DNA from: Myxococcota bacterium
GTDB lineage: Bacteria; Myxococcota_A; UBA9160; UBA4427
Length of the DNA stretch: 64,000 bases
NCBI GenBank assembly: GCA_046583095.1
Contig: JAYGDB010000222.1
Coordinates: 6,710 to 70,709 of the forward strand
Direction of reading: 5' to 3'
Of this stretch, positions 11,507 through 22,100 are shown piece by piece (positions within the stretch are counted from its first letter, which is position 1; every line of letters begins with the position of its first letter). Below the pieces are notes generated by a model. The model made no database searches. It worked only from the letters and a program-made list of their open reading frames with translations, and was not told the origin of the DNA. The position numbers and the translations under genes were made by a program.

Positions 11507-12072
11507 TGCGTGACTTCGTTACGGTCGTCTCGGGGGTGCCGCGCTCCGGCACCTCGTTGATGATGCAGATGCTCGCTGCCGGCGGGCTGCCACTGTTGGT
11601 CGACGAGCAGCGTCCTCCGGACGAGGACAACCCGCACGGTTATTTCGAGTACGCGCCCGTGAAGGCGTCCGCGCGCGACGTCGACTGGTGGGGTGGCGCC
11701 GCCGGCCGAGCCGTGAAGGTGGTTCACGCGCTGCTGCGGCATCTCCCCGAGTCGGGCGAGCTGCGGATCGTCCTGATGGACCGCGACCTCGGAGAAGTCC
11801 TGCGGTCTCAGCGCGCGATGCTCGAGCGGGTAGGCGGAGCGTCCGAAGCTGAGGACGAGATGGCCCTCGCGCGCGTCTTCGAGGCCCAACTCGACGAGGC
11901 GAGGGCCTGGGCGGTCGCGCGGCCGCGGACCGCGCTGCTCCCGGTTGCCCATCGCCGTTTGATCGAGTCTCCGGCCGAGGTGGTGTCGCGCATCCAGGCG
12001 TTCCTCGGAGGTGGCCTCGATGGAAGCGCCATGGTCGCGTGCGTCGACCCGGACCTGGTTCGCTCGCGGTAG
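11506..12072 (+). CDS. Sulfotransferase family protein
   Basis: VVSGVPRSGTSLMMQML PAPS-binding loop; DNPHGYFE. Confidence 0.85.
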   Translation: MRDFVTVVSGVPRSGTSLMMQMLAAGGLPLLVDEQRPPDEDNPHGYFEYAPVKASARDVDWWGGAAGRAVKVVHALLRHLPESGELRIVLMDRDLGEVLRSQRAMLERVGGASEAEDEMALARVFEAQLDEARAWAVARPRTALLPVAHRRLIESPAEVVSRIQAFLGGGLDGSAMVACVDPDLVRSR

Positions 12073-12079
12073 GCCGCGC

Positions 12080-12778
12080 CTAACTCGCTGCGACGAGGGC
12101 TCGGAACAGCGCAACGCGTGCCTCGCCGTCGAGCTTCTCGGGATGCCACTGCACGCCCACGACGAAGCGCTCCCCGGCGCCTTCGACTGCCTCGATCAGG
12201 CCGTCTGCACTTCGCGCGCTCACCACGAGTCCCTCACCGGGCGCTGCCACGGCCTGGTGGTGCAGGCTGTTCACCGAAGCGCTCGTGCCGAGGATGCTCT
12301 CGAGTTGGCTCCCCGGTGTGACCGAGAGCCCGTGGCGTCCCGTCGCTTCGGGAAGCGCGTGGTCATGGGCCTCCGGGACGTCGATCGGGACATGGTGGTG
12401 CAGACGGCCGCCGTGATGCAGGCAGAGGATCTGCATCCCGTAGCAGATTCCCAGGACCGGAATCCCTCGGTCGAGTGCGCTCGCGAGCAGGCGTCGGTCG
12501 AAGTCGAGCTGTGCGCGCGGTGTGGGCTCGAAGGTGACGTCGGCGGGGTAGGCGGGCGAAGCCGGGTCGGGCAGGAAATCGTCGCCGCCCGGTAGCACCA
12601 GCGCATCGATGCGTTGGGTCAGTGCGTCGACGTCTTCTTGGAGTGGGAGATGTAGCGCGACGCCGCCGGCCGCCTCCACGGCCCTCGCGTAGGCCCAGTC
12701 GATATAGAGGTAGTCGCGTTCGCGGTGCCAGCGCCCGCGATCGTCCAGTGATTGCGGGATTCCGACGATGGCTGCCAT
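12080..12778 (-). CDS. Gamma-glutamyl-gamma-aminobutyrate hydrolase family (peptidase C26)
   Basis: LPGGDD, PVLGICYGMQ (catalytic Cys), VNSLHHQAV, GVQWHPE. Confidence 0.9.
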   Translation of the reverse strand: MAAIVGIPQSLDDRGRWHRERDYLYIDWAYARAVEAAGGVALHLPLQEDVDALTQRIDALVLPGGDDFLPDPASPAYPADVTFEPTPRAQLDFDRRLLASALDRGIPVLGICYGMQILCLHHGGRLHHHVPIDVPEAHDHALPEATGRHGLSVTPGSQLESILGTSASVNSLHHQAVAAPGEGLVVSARSADGLIEAVEGAGERFVVGVQWHPEKLDGEARVALFRALVAAS

Positions 12779-12823
12779 GGCACAGGCAGTATATCGACGA
12801 ACGATGCGGCATGATTCCCTGGC

Positions 12824-13696
12824 ATGCCCCGCACCGTCATCGCTGGATGTGGCTACATCGGCACCGCGCTCGGGCTCGAACTCGCATCCGAGGGCCACGA
12901 CGTTTTCGGTCTTCGCCGCGACCCCAGTCGTCTTCCCGACAGCATCTATCCTCTACCGGCCGATCTCGGGCGGCGGGAGAGCCCGCTCGTCCTTCCCGAG
13001 CGGATCGACTTCGCGGTCTACTGTGTGGCTCCGGACTCCGGGACGGAGGCGGCCTACCGCCTCGCTTATCTCGATGGGCTCGAGAGCTTTCTGGGTGCCT
13101 TGAAGCAGCAGGGCGAAAGGCCTCGCCGTATCTTCTTTGCCTCGAGCACGTCGGTCTATTCGCAGCGCCGCGGCGAGTGGATCGACGAGGCCTCGACGGC
13201 GAGCCCGAGCCGTTACGCGGGCGAGATCCTCGTGGACGCGGAGCGTCTGCTGCTGGCCAGCGGCTTCGATGCGACGATTGTCCGCTTCGGCGGGATCTAC
13301 GGTCCGGGTCGGACGCGTCTCGTCGAGCAGGTCGAGCGCGGCGACGCGCTGCTCGACCCCGAGCCGCACTTCGCGAATCGCATCCATCGCGACGACGCCG
13401 CGGGCTTGCTCCGCCACCTGATCTCGGCTCCGGCGGCCGAGGAACTCTATCTCGGCGTGGATTGCGAGCCGGCGGACGAGGCCGATGTACTTCGCTTTCT
13501 CGCCGAGGAACTCGGCGTGACATCGCCTCGGACCCGCGGCGTGGAGGACCCGCCCGCGATTCGCCGGGCGGGCAGCAAGCGTTGCCGGAACGATCGGGTT
13601 CGAGCCACCGGCTACGGCTATCGCTACCCGAGCTACCGGGCTGGCTATCCCGGGGTCATCCGGGCCTACCGGAAAGCTCGCGCAGAGGCCGGCTGA
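12824..13696 (+). CDS. NAD-dependent epimerase/atypical SDR (YeeZ-like)
   Basis: IAGCGYIG, SSTSVY, RFGGIYGPGR, NRIHRDD. Confidence 0.88.
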   Translation: MPRTVIAGCGYIGTALGLELASEGHDVFGLRRDPSRLPDSIYPLPADLGRRESPLVLPERIDFAVYCVAPDSGTEAAYRLAYLDGLESFLGALKQQGERPRRIFFASSTSVYSQRRGEWIDEASTASPSRYAGEILVDAERLLLASGFDATIVRFGGIYGPGRTRLVEQVERGDALLDPEPHFANRIHRDDAAGLLRHLISAPAAEELYLGVDCEPADEADVLRFLAEELGVTSPRTRGVEDPPAIRRAGSKRCRNDRVRATGYGYRYPSYRAGYPGVIRAYRKARAEAG

Positions 13697-13745
13697 GCGG
13701 CAGGCTCGAGAGATGAGCCTGTGGGCGGCCTGCTAGCGTGAATCC

Positions 13746-14897
13746 ATGCCGCGCTCACCTCGAACTGCGCCGGGCGTCTTGAAGATGCCCGGGGCCGTCT
13801 ATTCGCCATTCGCGGATCGGATTGCGACCCACCCGGGGCCGATCTTCCCGCTCCACGTGGGGGATACCTGGATGGAGCCCTTCGAAGGCGGGCGGATGCA
13901 GGATCTCTCCGTCGACGACTACCCGGGTATGCACCGCTACTGCGATACGCGCGGGATTCCCGAGCTCGTCGATGCGCTCGTCGAGAAAGTGCGCGAGCGC
14001 AACGGACTCGCAGTGGAGCGCGAGTCGCTCCTCGTGGCCGGGGGCGCGACAGGGGGTCTCGCGACGGTCGTCGGGGCTCTCGTAGATCCGGGCGAGGAGG
14101 TGCTGATCCTGGCTCCCTTCTGGCCTCTGATCCGGGGCATCGTCCAGTCGTTTCGCGGTGTCCCGGTGGAGGTTCCTTTCTACGACCGTGTGGACTCGCC
14201 GGAGGCGGCCGTCGAGGCGGTGCGCGACCGCCTGAGCGAGCGCACGGTGGCCCTCTACATCAGCACGCCGTCGAATCCCACGGGTGTCGTGATCCCGGAG
14301 GAGTGGCTCGCAGCCCTCGCCGACTTCGCGCGTGTGAACGATCTCTGGCTGCTCTCCGACGAGGTGTACGAAGATTACGTCTACCGGGGGCAGCACGTCT
14401 CCCTGGGTCCGATGGCGCCGGAGCGGACGGTGTCGGTCTACTCGTTCTCGAAAGCGTACGGGATGGCGGGCAACCGGGTGGGCTATCTCGCCGGCCCGAA
14501 GGACGTGATCGCCGAAGCTCGCAAGCTCGGCACCCACTCGTTCTACCACGCGCCGACATCCGGCCAGGTCGCAGCGGTTCGCGCGTTGCAGGGCGGGGCC
14601 GACTGGGTCGAGTCCGCGCGAGCCCTCTACCGTGAGGCCGGCCAGCACGCGGCGAGCGCGCTGAAGCTTCCGCCGCCCGGCGGCTCGACGTTCCTGTTTC
14701 TCGACGTGAATCACCTGCTCGACGACCGGGGACTGCACGGCTTCCTCGAGGACTGCTTCGAGGACGGCGTACTCGTCGCGCCGGGAGGCTCGTCCGGCGA
14801 GGCCTACAGCGAGTGGGTGCGGCTCTGCTACACGGCGGCTCCCCCCGAGCAGGTGCGTGAGGCGGTGGAGCGGCTTGCGGTGCGCGTGACCGCGTAA
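13746..14897 (+). CDS. PLP-dependent aminotransferase class I/II
   Basis: PSNPTG, SDEVYEDY, SFSKAYGMAGNRVG (PLP lysine). Confidence 0.92.
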   Translation: MPRSPRTAPGVLKMPGAVYSPFADRIATHPGPIFPLHVGDTWMEPFEGGRMQDLSVDDYPGMHRYCDTRGIPELVDALVEKVRERNGLAVERESLLVAGGATGGLATVVGALVDPGEEVLILAPFWPLIRGIVQSFRGVPVEVPFYDRVDSPEAAVEAVRDRLSERTVALYISTPSNPTGVVIPEEWLAALADFARVNDLWLLSDEVYEDYVYRGQHVSLGPMAPERTVSVYSFSKAYGMAGNRVGYLAGPKDVIAEARKLGTHSFYHAPTSGQVAAVRALQGGADWVESARALYREAGQHAASALKLPPPGGSTFLFLDVNHLLDDRGLHGFLEDCFEDGVLVAPGGSSGEAYSEWVRLCYTAAPPEQVREAVERLAVRVTA

Positions 14898-14910
14898 CTC
14901 CGGAACCGTT

Positions 14911-15351
14911 CTAGCCGGTGTCCCCGAACGAGCGGAGATTCGCGATGTAGTCCTCGGGGAGGTCGTGCTCGAGCGCACCGGTCAAGAGGTGATCCAGGTA
15001 CTCGTCGGACGGCGGGATCGACGGGGCGTCTGCCGCGCACTCGTACAGGTAGACGTGGGCGTGGAGTTCGCGATCGTCGGTCCGGAGCAGGCGGAACACC
15101 CCTCGCTCGTAGCCGGGCTCGAAGCCGTCCAACAGCGGCCAGGGATCTTCGGGGAGTGTCCACGCGACACCCCACGTCACGGCTCCGGCTGCCGGGACGA
15201 GATTCGCCTTGCCGCTGCCGTCGCGTCCGGGCTTGTTGAAGGCGAGTTGCCAGTCGCTCACGAAGGCCCGGCCCAGCGGCTCAGCAGCCGTCACCCGAGC
15301 CAGCAGCCGCGCGCTGCTCATGTTCGATCCGTAGGCAAAATAGATGGACAT
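14911..15351 (-). CDS. Gamma-glutamylcyclotransferase family protein
   Basis: MSIYFAYGSNM, LDGFEPGY, PSDEYL; real start at 15351 inside a long spurious ORF. Confidence 0.88.
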   Translation of the reverse strand: MSIYFAYGSNMSSARLLARVTAAEPLGRAFVSDWQLAFNKPGRDGSGKANLVPAAGAVTWGVAWTLPEDPWPLLDGFEPGYERGVFRLLRTDDRELHAHVYLYECAADAPSIPPSDEYLDHLLTGALEHDLPEDYIANLRSFGDTG

Positions 15352-15368
15352 GGCCCTATTATCCCCGA

Positions 15369-16727
15369 ATGGGTGCGACACCGCGCGCGGGAGTGAGTCG
15401 CATCGAGCTGCATCCCGAACTCGGCGTCTCCATGATGGGCTACGGCGCGCGAAAGGGCACCGCCGCGGCCCGGCACGATCCCCTCTTCGTCCGGGCGCTG
15501 TACGTGGAGGCGGGGGGTCGCCTGCTCCTGATCGAGATCGACGTCTGCCTGATTGCCGTCGCCCAGGCCACCGCGCTTCGCGATCGCATTGCCCGCCGGA
15601 CCGGTCTCGCGTGCGAACAGGTGATGATCGGCTGCATCCACACCCATTCGGGCCCCGAGACGGGACTGCTGCCGGTGCTCCTCGGGCGGGGTACGCCGAC
15701 CGAGGTGGAGCCGCTCTTCGATGCCGTGGTCGAGGCCGCCGTGCAGGCGTTCGAGGCGGCGGAGCCCGTGCGTCTCGGATCCGGAACCGCGCCCATCCGC
15801 ATCGGGCGCAATCGCCGGGTCGAGGAGGGCTCCGTCGATCCCCACGCGGTCGTGGCACGCATCGATCGCGCGGATGGCTCGCCCCTCGCCGTCCTCTACG
15901 TGCATGGCTGCCATCCGACTGCCCTCGGCCACGACAACCTCCACTTTTCTGCGGACTGGCCCGGCACGGCCTCGCGTGTCGTCGAAGAGGCACTGCCGGG
16001 TGCGGTCGCGATCTTCGTTCTGGGTGCTCATGCCGACGTCGATCCCCGCACGCGGGGTCTGCTGGACCTCGCGATCCCGGAGCAGAGCGTCGGCGTGGGC
16101 TTCGAGGAGATGGAAGCCCTGGGACGGGAGGTCGGGACCGCAGTCGCAAACTGCGCCGGCGCTCTCGAGACCCGGCCGGACTTCCTCGTGGCTTCGGCGA
16201 ACACGAGGGTGCCGATCCCCGTGCACGGGGCCGACGGGCGAGACGAGCACCTGAACGACCGAAGGCGCGATGCCTTGCGAGCGCTCGACCTGCCCGAGGA
16301 TCTCGAGCCGTCGACGGCCGAGTGGTACCGGCTCGAGAGAGAGGGCACGGCGGGTCTCTCGAGGCGCGAAATTCGCGAGCGTCTGTCTCGCGTTCGACTG
16401 CTGCTGAGGGATCGGACGGCGAATCGGATTGCCCAGGGGCTTCGGCCCGAGGTCGAGGTACAGGTACTGCGGCTCGGGCCGATCTGGCTGCTGGGCTTGC
16501 CCCTCGAGGTGACCGTCGACGTCGGGCGATCGTGGCGACAGGCCACGGGAGACCTCGGCTCGATCGTTTCGATCGCAAACGGTTGGATGCGATACCTGCC
16601 GTGTGCGGAGCACTACCGCGAGCGCGACGCGGCGCTCCACTACGAGATCCTGAACGCCACGTTCGTACCGGAGGCTGACGGCCTACTCGTGACCGCGGGT
16701 CTCGAACTTCGATCGGAGCTTGCGTGA
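15369..16727 (+). CDS. Neutral/alkaline ceramidase-like hydrolase
   Basis: MMGYG, HDPLFVRAL, HTHSGP, GCHPT, SADWPG. Confidence 0.82.
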   Translation: MGATPRAGVSRIELHPELGVSMMGYGARKGTAAARHDPLFVRALYVEAGGRLLLIEIDVCLIAVAQATALRDRIARRTGLACEQVMIGCIHTHSGPETGLLPVLLGRGTPTEVEPLFDAVVEAAVQAFEAAEPVRLGSGTAPIRIGRNRRVEEGSVDPHAVVARIDRADGSPLAVLYVHGCHPTALGHDNLHFSADWPGTASRVVEEALPGAVAIFVLGAHADVDPRTRGLLDLAIPEQSVGVGFEEMEALGREVGTAVANCAGALETRPDFLVASANTRVPIPVHGADGRDEHLNDRRRDALRALDLPEDLEPSTAEWYRLEREGTAGLSRREIRERLSRVRLLLRDRTANRIAQGLRPEVEVQVLRLGPIWLLGLPLEVTVDVGRSWRQATGDLGSIVSIANGWMRYLPCAEHYRERDAALHYEILNATFVPEADGLLVTAGLELRSELA

Positions 16728-17800
16728 AGAGACGGCTGGCGTGGGTCATGACGATGCTGTCGGCGCTCGCTTGCGGGGGCGGCCCGGGTGCGATTACCGA
16801 GTGCGTCGCGGCGGACGGAGTGACGCCGATCTGTGGGTTCCAGAATCCCGAAGACCTCGCCCACCTTCCGGGTGCGTCCTGGCTCGTCGTAAGCCAGTTC
16901 GCCGGGATGCAGGGCGGTGTCGGGAGTCTTCTCGCCTATCGCGTGGCGGACGGGCGCCGGCTCGTGCTCTTCCCCGATCCGGATGCGCTCCCCGCCGAGG
17001 GGCCGGCCTGGGGATCCCCGGAGTGTCCCGGGCCTCCGGACCCCGCGCGCTTCGCTCCACACGGGATCGACGTCGATCTGCGCTCCCACCGGCTGGCCGC
17101 AGTCGTGCACGGGCCCCGGGAAGCCGTCGAACTCTTCGAGATCGGCCAGTCACCCGACGGTCCGGCTCTGACGTGGCGGGGCTGCACGGTGATGCCGGAT
17201 GGCGTGGGGATCAACGACGTTGCGCTGCTTCCGGATGGCGGCTTCGTCGTGACGAAGATGTTCTCGCTCGGGCGATTCGCGCAGCTCCTATCGGTGGCCC
17301 AGATGTTGCTCGGCGCGACCACGGGTTATCTGCTCGAGTGGCATCCGGAGTCGGGTTTCCGACAGGTGCCCAACAGCGAGGGCTCGGCTCCAAACGGTGT
17401 GGTGGCGTCCCCCGACGGTCGCGAACTCTATTTCGCCGAGTGGGGGGAGTCCAGGGTCGTGCGGCTTCGCCGCGGCGCGGACGGAGACGTGCAGCGCGGA
17501 TACGCGAATCTTGGCCACCACCCCGACAACCTCACCTGGACCCGGGACGGTCGCTTGCTGGTGACGGGCCAGATCGGCCCGATCGGTGAACTGCTCGCCT
17601 GCGGCTCGACCGAGGAGGGCACCTGTCCGCTCCCCTTCTCGGTCTACCTGATAGAGCCCGCCACCTTGGATGTAAAGCTCGTCCTAGAGCACGCGGGCAG
17701 CGCCCATGGTGCCGGAACGGTCGCCCTCGAGGTGGGAGACGAGATCTTCATCGGGACCTTCGACGGCGACCGAATCGGGCGGGCGGCTTTTCGCCGCTAG
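16724..17800 (+). CDS. SMP-30/gluconolactonase (paraoxonase-like) lipoprotein
   Basis: Lipobox-like SALAC, NPEDL, FAPHGI, INDV, PNGV, PDNL beta-propeller motifs. Confidence 0.85.
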   Translation: MKRRLAWVMTMLSALACGGGPGAITECVAADGVTPICGFQNPEDLAHLPGASWLVVSQFAGMQGGVGSLLAYRVADGRRLVLFPDPDALPAEGPAWGSPECPGPPDPARFAPHGIDVDLRSHRLAAVVHGPREAVELFEIGQSPDGPALTWRGCTVMPDGVGINDVALLPDGGFVVTKMFSLGRFAQLLSVAQMLLGATTGYLLEWHPESGFRQVPNSEGSAPNGVVASPDGRELYFAEWGESRVVRLRRGADGDVQRGYANLGHHPDNLTWTRDGRLLVTGQIGPIGELLACGSTEEGTCPLPFSVYLIEPATLDVKLVLEHAGSAHGAGTVALEVGDEIFIGTFDGDRIGRAAFRR

Positions 17801-17823
17801 CTCTCTCGAGGAGAACGAATTGC

Positions 17824-18597
17824 GTGGGTGAGCTGGACGGAAGATCGGGACTCGTGACCGGCGGCGCTGCGGGAATCGGACGCAGCATCGCGAAGCGAAC
17901 GGCGGCGGAAGGCTCTTTCGTGCTCGTGTGCGACATCGACGAGGAGGGTGGGGCGTCCTGCGTCGAGGAGATCCGCAAGCACGGCGGGCGTGCCCACTTC
18001 ACCCGAACCGACATCTCCGTCGAGTCGCAGGTGATCGAGATGCTGGCCGCCGCCCGGGAGTTCGGCGGTGACGTCCACTGGGCGTGCAACAACGCCATGG
18101 GAGGCAGCCGGGCCTTCGGCCCCCTCGACGAGGTGACCGCCGAGGATTGGGATTCGGGTCTCGGAGTGACCCTCACGGGAACGTTCTTCTGCCTGAAGCA
18201 CGAGCTCCGAAGCATGCTCGAAACTGGGGGGGGCTCGATCGTGAACATCAGTTCGCCGTCGGGGCTGCGCGGCGAGACCTTCCTGGCTGCTTATTCGGCC
18301 GCGAAGGGAGGCGTCGAGGCACTCACGAAGACCGCGGCCGCCGAATACGCGACGCGCGGAATCCGCGTGAACTCGATCTGCCCCGGTGGGATCGCTACCG
18401 AGGCCATCGCCCGCTATTTCGAGCACTTCCCCGACATCGAGGAGAAGACGGTCGGCACCCACGCGATGCGGCGGCTCGGCCGGCCCGAAGAGATCGCCGA
18501 CGCGGTCGTCTACCTCGCCTCCGACCGTTCGAGCTTCGTCACCGGACACGCCCTGCACGTCGACGGGGGCATCTCGGTGAACTCACACATGATCTAG
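17824..18597 (+). CDS. Short-chain dehydrogenase/reductase
   Basis: TGGAAGIG, NNA, YSAAK, IRVNSICPG. Confidence 0.93.
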   Translation: MGELDGRSGLVTGGAAGIGRSIAKRTAAEGSFVLVCDIDEEGGASCVEEIRKHGGRAHFTRTDISVESQVIEMLAAAREFGGDVHWACNNAMGGSRAFGPLDEVTAEDWDSGLGVTLTGTFFCLKHELRSMLETGGGSIVNISSPSGLRGETFLAAYSAAKGGVEALTKTAAAEYATRGIRVNSICPGGIATEAIARYFEHFPDIEEKTVGTHAMRRLGRPEEIADAVVYLASDRSSFVTGHALHVDGGISVNSHMI

Positions 18598-18655
18598 TGG
18601 GTGGCGCACGGCCGGGGTCGCTTCGGGGCACGCACGCCTTCGCGCGGTTGCGCAG

Positions 18656-18874
18656 CTAGGCGGGGCTGTTCGCGACGGGCTGGGCGTTGTCCTCAGCGAC
18701 CTGGGCCTCGCTGTGGGACTCGATCCGAATGATGCGGTTGATCGTGGCGCTGCATCCCTGGCAACAGGTGCCGGCCCCGCAGGCGCGACCGACTTCAGAG
18801 ATCGTGAGCGCACCGTCGCGGACGGCGCGGCGCACGCTCCGGTCGGAGACTCCATTGCAGTGGCAGACGAGCAT
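18656..18874 (-). CDS. bfd: Bacterioferritin-associated ferredoxin, [2Fe-2S]-binding
   Basis: MLVCHCNGVSD...GAGTCCQGC, the Bfd CxC...CxxC pattern. Confidence 0.88.
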   Translation of the reverse strand: MLVCHCNGVSDRSVRRAVRDGALTISEVGRACGAGTCCQGCSATINRIIRIESHSEAQVAEDNAQPVANSPA

Positions 18875-18912
18875 CTTCGTCGAGGTTCCTCGGGTCGCGT
18901 GACAGTTCGAAG

Positions 18913-18948
18913 AGTATAACACTGAAATTGAAAATCAATGTCGATTTC
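18913..18948 (-). promoter_or_regulatory. Fur box with adjacent extended -10 promoter of bfd
   Basis: GAAATTGAAAATCAATGTC (18924-18942) matches the 19-bp Fur consensus at 14/19; minus-strand TGtTATACT at 18913-18921; AT-rich island in GC-rich DNA. Confidence 0.75.
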
Positions 18949-19102
18949 AACGAAATGAGACTTCGGTCGATTGGCTTCGAGTTCCATAAAGCTGTTTTTT
19001 TTCACAAACTTACGAGCTTCATCCGCGGGCTTGTGATTGCCTCGGGGGCGGGCGCCGAGTGACCGGATCCGACCCGCTCGCCGGCTAGGTTGCCCACCGC
19101 CC

Positions 19103-22100
19103 ATGCAGATCTACGTCAGCAACCATCTGGAGGACCTGGTCGCCGTTCTTGCCGAACGGGTTGCCGAGCCGTGTCCGGGCGGGCCCTTGTCCGCCGAGAC
19201 GATCGCCGTCCAGGGGCGTGGCATGGAGCGCTGGCTCGCCATGCAGCTCTCGCGGCGTCTGGGCGTGTGGGCGAATTCGCAGTTCCCATTTCCCCGGCGA
19301 TTGATCGACTGCGTCTTCGAGGCGGTCCTCGGTGCCGAGCCCGCAGGGGCTCTGCGCTTCGAACCCGAGGCGATGACATGGAAGCTCGCGGCCCTGCTAC
19401 CGGGTCTTCTCGAACGCGACGAGTTCGCGCCGATTCGCAGTTACCTGCGGCACGACGAGTCGGCGCTGCGGCGCGTCCAGCTGGCATCGCGCATCGCCGC
19501 GACCTTCGATCACTACGTGATCTACCGACCCGAGATGATCCGGAGCTGGGATCGCGGAGCCGACCACGAGGGATGGCAGCCGATCCTCTGGCGCGCGCTC
19601 GTGGGTCCGGGCGCTCCCGATCACGCGGCGGCGAGAGCCGAGGACTTCCTGGTTGCGATCGAGAAAGGCGAGGGTGCGCTCGAGGGTTTGCCTCCGCGCA
19701 TCCATCTCTTCGGGTTGACGACTCTTCCGCCCCTCTACGTGGATGTGCTCGCAGCTCTCTCGAAGCGGGTGGAGACGAATCTCTTCCAATTGGGCTGCAC
19801 CCGACGGCCCGAGGCCGCGGGAGCGGACGCGAATCCACTGTGGGACTCGCTGGGAGGCGTGGGTCGTGACTTCCACCATGTACTTACGGGTCGCGTCGCT
19901 GCGGCAACTGAGGTCGACCTGTTCCGGGATCCAGGCCTCGGCTCGATGCTGGCGAGGCTCAAGCGATCCCTGCTAGAGGGAGAGAATTCCGGCCCGGCAC
20001 CGATCGAGGAGGTGGACGGCTCCATCCGAGTCCACTCCTGCCACGGTCCCATGCGCGAGGTGGAGGTGCTGCAGGATCAGCTCACCCAGCTCTTCGAACA
20101 GGACGAGAACCTGGATCCGAGGGATGTCCTGGTGATGACGCCCGACATCGAAACCTACGCGCCGCTCGTCCAGGCGGTCTTCGGATCCTCGCGCTTCCCT
20201 CACCAGATTGCCGATCGGGGAGTCCGCGCCACTCACGAGATCGTCGATGCCTTCTCGCGGGTCCTCGAGGTGCTCCAAGGTCGCCTGACCGCGACCCACG
20301 TCTCCGATCTGATGATGCTGGACCGGATCCGCCGGCGCTTCGGAATCGAAGCCGCCGATCTCGACGTGCTGCTCGAGTGGATCCAGTCCGCCGGCATCCG
20401 CTGGGGCGTAGACGCAGCCCATCGTTCCCAGGTGGGGCAGCCGGCGTCGGAACAGAACACCTGGCGCCAAGGTCTCGACCGGCTGCTCCTCGGGCTTGCC
20501 CTGCCGGCGGACGCTGCGTCGATCTTCGCCGGTTTGCTGCCGACCCCCGGTGTCGATCTCGGCCGCGCCGATCTCCTCGGCCGCTTCGCGGAGTTCTGCG
20601 AAGCCCTGTTCGCGCTTCGGGAGGCGTTACAGGGCACCCGCTCCGTCGAGGCGTGGAGCCAGGATCTCGCACACGTCCTCGAGGTGATGGTCGATCGATC
20701 CGACGACGGGGCCGAGCAGCACGCGTCGATTCGCACGGCGCTCGCGGATCTCACGATGCGCGCGAAGCAGGCAGGCTTCGAAGAGGCGGTGGGGCTCGCG
20801 AGCGTGCAGCAGGAGCTGATGGGTCAGCTCGAGCGTCGAAGCTCCTCGCGTCGGTTCCTGGCCGGCGGCGTGACCTTCTGCGAGATGCTGCCGATGCGCA
20901 GCATCCCGTTCCGGGTCGTCGCGCTGCTGGGGATGAACGACGAGGCCTTCCCTCGCAATCGGGAGCCCCTCGGATTCGATCTGATGCCGGCGAGCCGCCG
21001 GCCGGGCGATCGCACCGCGCGGGAGGACGACCGCTATCTCTTCCTCGAGGCGCTCGTCAGCGTGCGCGAGCACCTGATCGTCACCTACGTGGGTCGCAGC
21101 GTGCAGGATGGATCCGAGCGCGAGCCCTCGGTGGTCGTTTGCGAGCTGCTCGACGAGCTCGGTCCCGATGCCCGTGAGCGGATCGTTACCGATCACCCGC
21201 TTCAGCCGTTCAGCCCGCGCTACTTCGACGGAAGCGACGTATCTGTCGTCAGCTATTCGGAGGCGAACTGTGCCGGGGCTCGGGCCCTCGTCGACGCACG
21301 AGCCGGATCGGGCTCCGAGCGCGAGCCCAGACTCTACGTTCCCGTCCCCCTGAACGCGGAGGGGCCGACCGACCGCGATGATCCGGAGGCCCGCAGGGTC
21401 GAAGTCGCCCGCCTGGGTCGTTTCTTCGAGCATCCGGTCCGAAGCTTTCTGCAGGATCGACTCGGTCTGTACCTGCGGGACGAAGCGCCGAAACTCGAGG
21501 ATCGCGAGCCGCTGGATCTCGACGGGCTGGCGAGCTGGAATCTCGGTGACCGGCTCCTCGCACTGACGCTGGCGGGTGTCGATCCGGAGCATGCGAAGGT
21601 GTTGCTTCGGGCGGAGGGCCTGCTCCCGCTGGGATCGCCTGGCGATCTCGAGGCCGAGAAGGCCGCGCTGGATGCGGGCGATCTGGCGGCCGCGGTTCGG
21701 GAGCTACAGCGGGGCGATGCGCGGGCTCCGATCGAGGTGAATCTCCGCCTGGGCGGCTGGCAGGTCGTTGGTGAGCTGGGCGATCTGTGGCCCAGCGGTC
21801 GTGTGGTCTTCCGCTTCTCGAGGGTGCCGCATGCATGCGAGCTCTCGTTCTGGGTCCATCACCTGGTGCTGAACTGCGTGGGCGGCGATGAAACTCCCCT
21901 CACGAGCTTTCTGGTGGCGCGTGGCGCAGATGCGAAGCGGATCGTGGTGCTCGAGTTGCCCCCGGTTCCGGACGCGGAGGCGCGCCTCGTGGATCTGCTG
22001 GCTCTCTACGAGCTGGGCGGATCGCTGCCGCTCCCCCTGTTTCCGAAGGCGTCTCGTGCGCAGGCGGACTTCGGACACAAGAAGGGTTGGCCCCTCGATC

